A stretch of DNA of 64,000 bases from assembly GCA_964016885.1 (NCBI GenBank), contig OZ024743.1:113336001-113400000 (forward strand). Reading direction: 5' to 3'. This stretch comes from Eledone cirrhosa (taxonomy: Eukaryota). Below the pieces are notes generated by a model that was given only the letters and a program-made list of their open reading frames with translations, did no database searches and was not told the origin of the DNA. Of the stretch, positions 27,093 through 37,977 are shown one piece after another. The first letter of the stretch is position 1. Every line of letters starts with the position of its first letter. Position numbers and translations under genes: made by a program.

Positions 27093-27529
27093 CTTGCTTC
27101 TGCTGGACACCACCAGAGGGCGTTAGCATAGCTACGGCTTCCTAAAACCGTGTTTCTTTAGAAATACAAAATTTCTATACATATTTGTATAAAGCTATGC
27201 TTGAAGCGAAATGCTATTATAAGTTCAGCCAACTTATGCAGCTTCATATGCAAATGAGATTAATCACCTCATTTACACAGACGAGAAAACTATATATTCT
27301 CGACTGTTTTCAAGTCCAGCAGTCACAAGTGGTGGGAGGGACCATCTTGAAGAAGGCCAGTCAAGCCTGAACTGCATAGACGGTTGTCCCCCTTGTTTCT
27401 GCTGGACACCACCAGAGGGCGCTAGCCCCGGTGTTTGCATAGCTACGGCTTCCTAAAACCGTGTTTCTTTAGAAATACGAAATTTCTATACATATTTGTA
27501 TAAAGCTATGCTTGAAGCAAAATCCTATT
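27093..27529 (+). repeat. ~299-bp-period partial tandem duplication containing a hammerhead-like motif
   Basis: 27093-27218 recurs at 27392-27529; hammerhead-like motif at 27341-27384 lies between the copies. Confidence 0.8.
27409..27422 (+). promoter_or_regulatory. CTCF-like motif (second copy at 27110-27122)
   Basis: CCACCAGAGGGCGC matches the CTCF core consensus; binding is not shown. Confidence 0.4.
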
Positions 27530-27619
27530 TCTTTTATATATATATATATATAAATATATATATATATAATATTATATATTATATATATAAATGAATGTTA
27601 AATGGTGATGATGATGGTG

Positions 27620-27735
27620 GCTCTACCTGTAGTGATACTCTGTTGAGTAACTTTATTCCAAAGACCCTTTGGAGGAACCCCATTACAGCTACTTGTATTC
27701 TTTCAGTCATTACCCAAGATTTATGACCATAGATA
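27620..27735 (-). mobile_element. Expander-like RTE fragment
   Basis: IYGHKSWVMTERIQVAVMGFLQRVFGIKLLNRV..LQVEP. Confidence 0.7.
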
Positions 27736-27950
27736 GATAGAGAGAGAGATTTTATATAGAAATAACTTTTTCTTTCATTTGGAATCATAAGGATGTTCTT
27801 GATGATTACAAGCAAATGAAAGAGTTCTAGTCCTGTAGAAGTCATTTCTATAAGAAATGTATATTTACCTTCTCTACTAATGTATTAAGTACTTTCTTGT
27901 TTAACTGTAGTTCCCTTCTATTCTTCTTCAGATAACCATTTTTAATTATA

Positions 27951-28028
27951 TAAGGTGTCCCCAAAAATGTATACACACTTTCATTAGAATGCCGTTGAAG
28001 TTGTGTATATATTTTTGGGGAAACCATA
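27951..28028. mobile_element. Tc1/mariner-type MITE copy
   Basis: Homologous to 3339-3418. Confidence 0.65.
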
Positions 28029-28323
28029 TCTATGTGCTTCTGTGTGTGTGCATGTGCATACCGATGTGTGCGTATATGAATGTGTAGGTTTGTTTATTAT
28101 TCTTTCATGCAAAGGCATAAAACTACTTTTCAATGCAGGCATTGATTAGACGTAGTGTGCAAAGTCCATTATTTGTTTTACCTTTCATCCTGGCTGATGA
28201 GTATTGGCAGCCAATCAGCTTGCTTATTTGAAACTTAATATTGTGTGTGCCTGCCATCTTGGTTATATATTCTATAATCTTGCTTATGTTTGTGTGTATG
28301 TATTTATATATGCCTGCATACAT

Positions 28324-28375
<52 letters not shown>

Positions 28376-28937
28376 ATATATGTATATATGTATACAGTCC
28401 AACTCTTCCTAGCAGGGAAAGTGGATGTTAGATGATAATGATATATAGTATGTATATAAACACATATACATATATATGTGTGTATGTGTATATATGTATA
28501 TATGTGTGTATATATATATATATATATCTACACAGATGCACACACTAAAACATACATATTTACAAGACACTCTTCCACACGCACACATTTACACATGCAG
28601 ACAAGCGCACATATTCTACAAATAAACACATACATTCATGCATACTAATATATACACACGTAAACTCCATTTCCTTATACAAACATACATTAACACAGAC
28701 ACACATATACACAAATAGTAATATCTTCTATGGCGACTCCAATGAGAACGTGCTTAGATCTGGTTTCAAGAGAAAGGGGGGCTGTGAGATTAAGTCACCA
28801 ATCCCTATATATGGGTCACCAGTAGGCAACATTCTTACATGTCAGTTTCCTGTTCCTTAGCCCTTTCATTAACACAAGTTCAATAGGATACATTGCTTAT
28901 ATGTTTCAATTAATTTTTAAATTAATGAAAAAACAGA

Positions 28938-29216
28938 ATTAAGAGATCACAGCGCCGATATTATGGGCTTGTGGTTAGAATGTCTCAGGAAAGAATCGCT
29001 GGACAGATTTTACAGACAAAACCAACCTGCAGGAGACCCAGGGATAGACCCCGAGTAAGATGGTTGGATAATATCCATGAGCTTGGCTGGTCTCATTTGG
29101 AGATCCAGCCAGATCAGTTGGAGATGGCTGCTTCTGACAGGACTCGCTGGAAGAAGTGTTTGAGGACTCTGCCCCCACAGCTCTTTCAGGAATAAGTGGG
29201 TGAAGAAGAAGAAGTA
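28938..29216 (+). mobile_element. Expander-like RTE 3' end
   Basis: VVRMSQERIAGQILQTKPTCRRPRDRPRVRWLDNI...W; (GAA)n tail. Confidence 0.85.
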
Positions 29217-29379
29217 GTATGGAGCATAACTTAAAATATTTTTATGTAAAATTACGAGGAAAACTTTTAACAAAAGTATAAACACATTAAAAGGAGTAGA
29301 TTTGTGTCAGGAAACCAGGGGTGATTTTATGGCTTAGTCTTGGTCTTTTAGCACTGGGTAGTGCATTGGGTGACTTCCA

Positions 29380-30610
29380 TCCTCCATTGCACACGATTTA
29401 CTGCACAATCCACTGTTGCTCTTTCACAACCATTCCAGATGATATTTATAGCCTACAAAACATCTTAAAATGTCCGCCACTGGGTCCTTGGTCTGTTCTT
29501 TTCCTGTTTGCCTCCAGGAGGATTCCAAATCATCATGTTTTATGATTGCTAGTGATTGGGTTGATGGAGAATATGATCAGCCAGGCAAAACTGTCACTTC
29601 ATTATTATCTCTTTTCCCATCCTCATGCCCCACATTCACTAGCTCTCTTTATTAGGGATCCTCAGTATCACTATTGGAGCCCAAGTTTGGTGATTTCTTC
29701 ACAGTGGGGCCTGGAAACTGATCAATGATTTCTGATCTCGACCAGGCAAACAACAGGAACCTGATACCAGCTTATACACAAGAAGAACCATCACTATACA
29801 CTCCACACATGCCGACCCACCACCACAATCACTCCATAGTAGCTACTATCCCTGCACACTTCCAACCCCTCCACTATCATTCCTTAGCTATTGCCACCAT
29901 CACTATACACTCCACACATGCCCACCACCACCACAATCACTCCATAGTAGCTACTATCCCTGTACATTTCCAACCCCTCCACTATCATTCCTTAGCTATT
30001 CCCACCATCACTATACACTCCACACATGCCCACCACCACCACAATCACTCCATAGTAGCTACTATCCCTGTACATTTCCAACCCCTCCACTATCATTCCT
30101 TAGCTATTGCCACCATCACTATACACTCCACACATGCCCACCACCACCACAATCACTCCATAGTAGCTACTATCCCTGTACATTTCCAACCCCTCCACTA
30201 TCATTCCTTAGCTATTCCCACCATCACTATACACTCTACACATGCCCACCACCACCACAATCACTCCATAGTAGCTACTATCCCTGTACATTTCCAACCC
30301 CTCCACTATCATCCTTAGCTATTGCCACCATCACTATACACCCCCCACGTAAAATCCTGACACACTGTTGCCCCCTCACACCATATGCTATTGACAGAGA
30401 TTGCTGTTGGGAGATCGATGGTGTTCTATAGGTGCAGCTTGAAATGTGTATGTGTTGATAGTTATGGCTGAGTAGATAAGAGACAATTCACTGGAACACT
30501 GTGACCACTTTTCTGATTCTGCTTCTGACATCGAGTTCATTGCCATTGCTGCTTAACATGCTACACAGGTAGATGAAATGGTTGACTTTGTCTCACTCTT
30601 GTATGGACAT
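29380..30610 (-). mobile_element. Old RTE remnant interrupted by a minisatellite
   Basis: 30370-30610(-): KVNHFIYLCSMLSSNGNELDVRSRIRK..KLHL*NTIDLPTAI; 29380-29600(-): WNPPGGKQEKNRPRTQWRTF. Confidence 0.6.
29787..30345. repeat. 111-bp tandem repeat x5
   Basis: 37-aa periodicity in ORF 29725-30318. Confidence 0.95.
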
Positions 30611-30782
30611 ATTGATCCAAAAATAAAATTTCTATTCTACTGAATTCTCTGTCATACTTATAAAATGAATTGGGAAGGGACAAAACTGTATTTTGACAAC
30701 AAAACTAGTTGATTTCTTCATTGTCCAGCATACAATCTAAGTTGTGTTCGGTTGCTAATCATATCAAACAATGCGAATACTA

Positions 30783-31025
30783 CTATTTTCTGAAGTTTGT
30801 GTTACAGATAGATAGGTGATTAGCATTGCAGAATTCTAGGAGCCTGAAAACTACCTCATTTCTCACACCAAACCCATAACCACCATGGATCCTGTCAAAG
30901 CCATCACAGTGTTTCCCCACATGCTCATCATTAAAGTTGCCAGCAATGATTAAGAAGTCACTGTTGCTTATTTGGGAAGTAGTGTGCATTAGGGACTCAT
31001 AGAACCAGTCTTTTAGTATGTCTGG
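30783..31025 (-). mobile_element. RTE APE-endonuclease domain fragment
   Basis: LIIAGNFN.HVG..DGFDRIHGGYGFGVRNE..RLLEFCNANHLSICNTNFRK. Confidence 0.88.
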
Positions 31026-31031
31026 CAATCA

Positions 31032-31428
31032 ATATGCAGTAATGTAGAAGACCCACCTTTCCATGTGCATGGGTTGAGGTACCCATCTAGTATGCACCAT
31101 CTTTCCCTCCATCACTCCTTCCATACACCTCCCACTTTGTAACACCTCCACCCCTCAACCATGCCCCAAGATCTACATCCCCAGCCCACACTGTAAAGTG
31201 GTCGTCTTGTTGACACAAAAAAAGTGCCCAGCGTCACAACAAAAAGTAGCCAATACTCTATAAATGTGGTTTGGCATTAGGAAGGGCATTCATTCACCCA
31301 TAGAAACCAAGCCAAATTCAGTTCTGTGTGAGCGAAACACGGTCATCTGACCTGGCTTTTCTCACAATGGGACAGCTCATTTGACCCATGCTAGCATGGA
31401 AAATGGATGTTAAACGATGATGATGATA
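31032..31428 (+). mobile_element. RTE ORF end plus 3' UTR copy
   Basis: C-rich segment, ~60-bp UTR units, shared core and (ATG)n tail. Confidence 0.8.
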
Positions 31429-31545
31429 TGTATATGTATATATATATATATATATATATGTAGAGGTTATATTTAAATTGTTGGGATACAACAAGCTAAA
31501 TATTTTTATAACTGATATAAAGCACTCAACAAATTATTGGAGTAA

Positions 31546-31871
31546 ATATACAATATATTGACAAATGGAAACTATATTTATAAAACCATATTTATTTCAT
31601 TATACATATTTCAAGGGCCACCAGAGCAAACTATGGTGCGCTTTCATCAGATAAAATATAATATAGGTTAGTTTTATAAATAAATATCCAGGAGATTCCA
31701 ACCAGAATGGTTGCATTTTTTAAGGGTCAATATTTATTTATAAAACTAACCTATATTATATTTTATCTGATGAAAGCGCACCATAGTTTGCTCTGGTGGC
31801 CCTTGAAATATGTATAATGAAATAAATATGGTTTTATAAATATAGTTTCCATTTGTTAATATATTGTATAT
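31546..31871. repeat. ~142-bp near-perfect inverted repeat containing a hammerhead-like motif
   Basis: 31546-31687 is the reverse complement of 31730-31871 with one visible mismatch. Confidence 0.92.
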
Positions 31872-31996
31872 ATATATATATACCTCCCTTGGTATTTTAT
31901 TATTGCTGATCACATTGAGCCATGTGGATACTACTGTATCAAACTTAAGTTTCATGTGCATATTTTACAAAAGAGAACAATGCATATAAAAATATA

Positions 31997-32340
31997 TTTC
32001 ATTTCATTTCATTTCATTTCACGTCCGCTTTTCCCTGCTTGCAAGAGTGGGACAGAACTGATTCTGGCTTGATTTCTACAGCTGGATGCCCTTCCTAACG
32101 CCAACCTCATTTACAGTGAGTGCTGGGTGCTTTTTTGCCGTGGCACCTCCACGACCACTTTGCAGTGGAATGATATGGACCCCAGTCCCTATCATCTCAT
32201 TTCTACAGCTGAGTAAACTGGAGCAATTTGAAATAAAGTGTCTTGCTCAAGGAAACAACACATCACCCGGTCTGAGAATTGAACTCATAACGTTTCGATT
32301 GCAAGGCCAATGCTCTAACCATTAAGCCACGTGCCTCCAC
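31997..32340 (-). mobile_element. tRNA/CORE-like SINE with an RTE-derived tail and (GAAAT)n end
   Basis: Reverse complement of 47763-48060. Confidence 0.82.
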
Positions 32341-33112
32341 ATATATTATATATATTTCTAGTTTAACCATTTAAAATTAATAACAAACAGATTTAAATAG
32401 CCAGGTGAACTATTAACGAAGTAGTATAATAAAGTTTTTATGCAAAATACAACAGACCAACAGTACATTTGAGCTGGTATAACACATACCTTATCTAGCC
32501 AATATTCTCTCTTTCTCCTTTTCTCTTTTTCTTTCTCTCTCTCTTTGATTTTCTTTCCCTATACTCCCTCATTCTCTCTTTGCCTGCACTCTCTTACTCT
32601 GCCTCTCCTATATTCCCTTTCTCTCTTCTCACTCACTCTTTTTTATCCCCCCTCTCTATCTCTCCCCTCACTCACTCTTTCTTGCTCCCCCCTCCTCCGT
32701 CTATCTCTTCCTCACTCACCTATAGACATTATCCATCATCTGAACATCCATCTAGTTCTTCCTAAGCCTAGGTCCAATCTAATATCTCAGCTGCTTAAAT
32801 ATTCATCATTTATGTCATATCTCTGTGTGTCCCCCAATGTTCACAAATCTGATTTTAATTTCATATCTATCCATATATTATCTATAAAGTAGCTTCAAAA
32901 TTCATCTTCATCATTGCATGTTTTTCACGCAATCACGTATATGCGTCAGATACTATCATCACATTTACATTTACAAATATGTGCATTCATCTCTCCTGCT
33001 TCCCTGCCACACACACACACTTGCAAACCATTTATTTAGCCTCTTGACTAGAGATGGCGAGCCCTTGTTCATGGAGGAAATTCTGTCTATATCTATCCCA
33101 ATAAAGTCCCAT

Positions 33113-33700
33113 ACAAGTAGTTAATAGATTCTGCTTACCTTGGTGACCTAATTAGCAGTGGAGGAGGTTGCACTGAAAGCATAGTACCTAGAATCAGAAC
33201 AGGATAGAAAAAAGTTCAAGAGGCTACAACCTTTGTTGACAAGAAAGGGATTTTCTCTCTGAGTGAAAGGCTGGTGTTATGATGTCTGCATTTGAAGTTG
33301 CATAGTAGTGAGACATGAGCAGTGAAAGAAGACGATATGCAAAGACTGGACAGAGATGAATCAAACATGCTTCATTGGATGTGTAATGTTAGTGTGCATT
33401 AATGATAAAGAACAGATGAGTTGAGAGAAAAACAGGGCATAAGATGAAGCAGATGCAGTATTCAAGATTATGCTTGTATGGACACTTGATGTATATCAAT
33501 GATGACTGTTGGGTGAAGAAGTACCAAGTGATCTCACTGGAAGGAACTACAATAGAAGAAAACCTAGGCAGAGGTGGTGAAACCTGATCTCAATATGCTG
33601 AACCTCACAGACTGTATAACAAGGAAACGTGAGTTGAGAGAGATTGTGTTGGAAAAGATCCCTTTATCTCACGCAAGCATGAAAAAAAAAATGTATGATG
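33113..33700 (+). mobile_element. Decayed RTE 3' ORF fragment
   Basis: LGDLISSGGGCTESIVPRIRTG..LTRKGFSL*VKGWCYDVCI..; same family as 1965-3110. Confidence 0.85.
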
Positions 33701-33787
33701 AAAATATTCAATTTTGAAATTTTTTGCTGACGAAATCAGTAAAAATTCATGAAAGGTTTTTAAGCTGAAAGACCAAAACATTGACTT

Positions 33788-34010
33788 CCCTTTAGCATTT
33801 AAACCGGCTGTATCCAGCCAGAATAGTCTCACCTCTTTCTGTTCAAACTGGCAGTAACTGGCCACTCATACTGATATTAAGGTATTGTTCTCAAAATAAA
33901 TAACATGATAATCTCATAGATTCAATATTATGAGATAATTATGTGAGGTAAAGCCTTTACTATGTGAATACAATAGTATATATAGAGTAATGTAAATGCT
34001 AAAGGGTTAA
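33788..34010 (-). mobile_element. piggyBac-type MITE copy
   Basis: CCCTTTAGCATTTAAA ... TAAATGCTAAAGGGTTAA. Confidence 0.82.
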
Positions 34011-34325
34011 TATGTTACATGCTAGTGCTTGTGCATCAATAATATGCCTTTAGTACACTCTGTAAGGCAATTTTCAAATGAATAGATATAAGGTAGGGTA
34101 GAGCAAACTCTTTATTGTTGCCAAGGACTAGGCAATATTTCTAGTGTTGGAGCCATGATGAAATACACCCAGAATATTCACATGCGCATTGAATTCCTCA
34201 CTAATTTCACAGCCCCTCTAAATTTGCTAACAACACTCCTGTATGTGGCTTGCACTGTTCTCACAAGTAATTCATTTATGTCTAATTTTCTTAAGGACCA
34301 TCAAACAATAAATCGTGGTACTCCA

Positions 34326-34541
34326 TTAACCCTTTAGCATTTAAACCGGCCGTTTCTGGCCAGAATTCTCTAACCTCTTTCTGTTTAAACCAGCCAAACT
34401 GGCCACTCATACTGACATTAAGGTATTGTTCTCAAAGTAAATAACACCAAAATCTCATATATTTGATATTATGTAAAATAAAACCTTTACCACAAAAAAA
34501 ACAAAACAATAGTATATATAATGTAAATAGTAAAGGGTTAA
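34326..34541 (-). mobile_element. piggyBac-type MITE copy
   Basis: TTAA at both ends. Confidence 0.82.
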
Positions 34542-35937
34542 AGGCCATAGCACAGATGGACTTTTGCTCAATTTCCATGTATTAAATTTGACTGACTGAC
34601 AAGCTGAATATCACAACCTGTTGAAATATGTCACATTCCTATAGGTTTGTCATTGAATTTCTGGCATTCTTTATTTCTGAGCCACCTCTCTAGTTACTGC
34701 TATTGGGGTAGAGTTTGTCACCTTGGTAAAAGAGTTGCTGGGACCATGAGGCAGCTTATACCTGAGGTTCTGCACACCAGAGACCATTCTGTCACATTGT
34801 TCAGGCATATATGATTGAGATAGCAGTAGTATAGGTTTGCTGGTATTTATGTTTGCTCACACATCATTAAGTACTGGATAATGAATTGCTCAACCAAGGC
34901 TGGAACAAAAAACATTTGTCCAATGTACTACATGATGTGATATAAGCTGGAATCAAATGGTTGCAAAGAAAACATCTTAACCACACAGCTATGCCTGCAC
35001 CTAGTTTAATTTCATGCTTTAGTTAGTTTTGATTTTTATTGTTGTTAGTTGGATGTGACTGCTTAAGGCTTTTGTGTTGATATCCTTGTAAATTTGTAAT
35101 TCTTATCATCTTCTTATGAATATAAATTTCTAATATTAACCTTTGGAATCAGTGATGGTTTTGAGGTTTTTAATGTATTCATGAACTTCTTAGTCTCCAA
35201 ATAATTATTGCTTTCAAATACTCTTCTTTTCATAGAAATCCGTGCTCTGATCAGATTTTACATTGCTATTGGAATGGTGTTGTAATCTTGGTGTTATTTC
35301 TGAAATGAATTTATTCCAAAGTCTATGTTCTCCATCTTGATAAGCGGATATGTTTCATGGCTGTCTTCTCTTAGGATCTTAGAAGATTTATTGAGAATAT
35401 CATAACTATACTTTATATTTTTGTTACTCTCAGAATTCCATCCTCAACCCTCACTATCTCTCTCTCTTTCTCCGATTCTCTTTCTCTCTCTATGTCTCTC
35501 TGTCTGTATTTCACCCCCTCTCTCTCTATATATATATATGTAATCATCATTATCATTTAATATCTGTTTTTCCACGATGGCATAGGTTGGAGAGATCATC
35601 ACAATCACAGATTAAGTCAGCACTTAATTGGAGCTACTGTCCTTCTAGATTGACTGGGGAGGGGGCCATGTCTCACTTACATACTGCCTTGCTTTTGTAT
35701 CATTTCTACAGCTTGATGCACTTCCTTATGCCAACTTCTTTACTCAGTGTATTGAGTACATTGTATCATAGGACCAGCACTAGGGAGGTTGTATTGTCCT
35801 TGACACAACTCATGAGTCCTCTTAAAACACACACATATGTTAATTAAGACTGTCAATTGCCTAACCTTGAACATAAACACATTTGGAACCAACCAAAGCT
35901 AACCATGAACTCAAGCAAATATAACCCTTGAACCCAC

Positions 35938-36415
35938 ATCTGACCTCACTCACCAGACCCATACCACACAAGGAAAGTAAAATCACACTCAACTGTCTAA
36001 ACTACATCCCAATTTTCAAGGCAAAAACAATTACCAACCTGTAACAATTTCTGGTATGGGGGTGTCAGACATTTTAAGGTTGCAGTTGTTGAATTACACA
36101 TTTTCTATGAAATAATTGTTTCTACTATTGGCACAAGGCCAGCAATTACCCAGTACATTACTGGTACTTTATTTTATCGACCCCCGTAAGGATGAAAGGC
36201 AACGTTAACCACGGTGGGACTAACTTTTATTTCATAGAAAATGTGTAATTCAACAACTGCAGCCTTAAAATGTCTGACACCCCCATACCAGAAATTGTTA
36301 CAGGTTGGTAATTGTTTTTGCCTTGAAAATTGGGATGTAGTTTAGACAGTTGAGTGTGATTTTACTTTCCTTGTGTGATATGGGTCTGGTGAGTGAGGTC
36401 AGATTATGAAATAAT
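35938..36415. repeat. ~178-bp inverted duplication around a truncated Meta-like SINE (36113-36220, minus)
   Basis: 35938-36115 is the reverse complement of 36227-36404; TATGAAATAAT at 36106-36116 and 36405-36415. Confidence 0.92.
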
Positions 36416-36599
36416 CTACAGCAATTATCACTCTACTGAATAATTGTTCATGCACCCACCCACACATTCAGTGCAACCAACTGAAATATTCACCATCTTA
36501 TGCCCTCAACGAATCTAAACTGATTGTGTGTATGCAACCCTAAACCTAACCCTAACCCATACTAGCATGGAAACATGGATGTTAAACAGTGATGATGAT

Positions 36600-37740
36600 A
36601 TATATGTCAAAGGCTATGACACAGGATCGAGATCTCTAGCATTATGCAGTAGTACAGGAGACTCGCATTCCCATGTGTACAGGTTGAAGCATACATCTAC
36701 TATGCACTACTTTCCCTTGCCTTCCCTCTCCCTCTTCTATGTATCTCCCATGCCCTAACACTCCACCTATATCATAACACCCCCACCCTTCATCTTCATC
36801 CACACCCCTATCTAAATCTACCTCTCCTCCACCTCAACCCCCAGACCACACCATAAAGGGGTCATTATTTGTGCTACAACAAGAAGCACCCAGTTCACAT
36901 TGTAAAGTGGTCATGTTGGTGACACAAAAAAAAGAGCCCAGCCCACACTGTAAAGTGGTCCTGTAGGTGTCATGATAAAATGCACCCAGTACATACTGTA
37001 AATGTGGTTGGTGTTAGGAAGGGCATCCAGCCATAGACATCAAGCTAACATAAGTTCTCTATGAGCAAGACAGTCACCTGATCTGGCTTGTCTCACAACG
37101 GAACAACTTGTCTAACCTATGCTAGCATAGAAAAATGGATGTTAAACAGTAGTGATGATGGTGATGCATATAGATATACATATAAAAAACATCCAGCACT
37201 CACTGCAAAGTGGTTGTGTAGATGTCACCACAAAAAGCACCCAGCCCACACCTCCCATGTCTTAACACTCTACCTATCACACATGCCCATATACCCAGCT
37301 CCCTAATTCCCACACACCCTTCCCACCAAAGTCCCCAGCCTACACTTTAAAGTGGTCATGTTGCCAACATGACAATAAGTGCCCAACCCACACTGTAAGG
37401 GAGTCGTAAACGTGTCATGAGAAAAAGCTCTCAGCCCTCACTGTAAAGTGGTCATGTCGGTGTTACGAAAAGCTCTCGGCCCACACTATAAAGTGGTCAT
37501 GTAGGTGTCATGATAAAAAGCACCCAGCCCACACTGAAAAGTGTCGTGTAGGTTTCATAACAGAAAGCACCCAGTACTCACTGTAAATGTAGTTGGCATT
37601 AGGAAGTGCATCCAGCCGTAGAAACCAAGCCAGAAACAGTTCTGCAAGACTCGGTCACCTGACCCGACATGCCTCAAAAGGTACTCCCAGTCTAACCCAT
37701 GCTAGCATGGAAAATAGATGTTAAACAATGATGATGTTGA
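36600..37740 (+). mobile_element. Two tandem RTE 3' UTR copies with expanded ~60-bp internal units
   Basis: CACACTGTAAAGTGGTC..GTGTCA..AAAAAGCACCCAGCC repeated about 3 times and about 5 times. Confidence 0.82.
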
Positions 37741-37874
37741 TATATATACAGTGGTCTTCTGTACAGTTTCTATCAAAATTTCACCATTTGGAAGTGATGT
37801 GAAGTTCTCCATCTGGCCCTACATATACATACACACACATATATATATAAATATACATACATATATATATATAT

Positions 37875-37940
<66 letters not shown>

Positions 37941-37977
37941 TACATATATATATATATATACGTATACATATATATAT

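Noticed and set aside
29725-30318. His-rich repetitive protein
   Set aside because: The ORF exists because the 111-bp unit is a stop-free multiple of three; it lies within an RTE remnant.
35040-35400. Penelope RT-linker remnant on the minus strand
   Set aside because: Only a vague compositional resemblance with many stops; it cannot be supported without a search.
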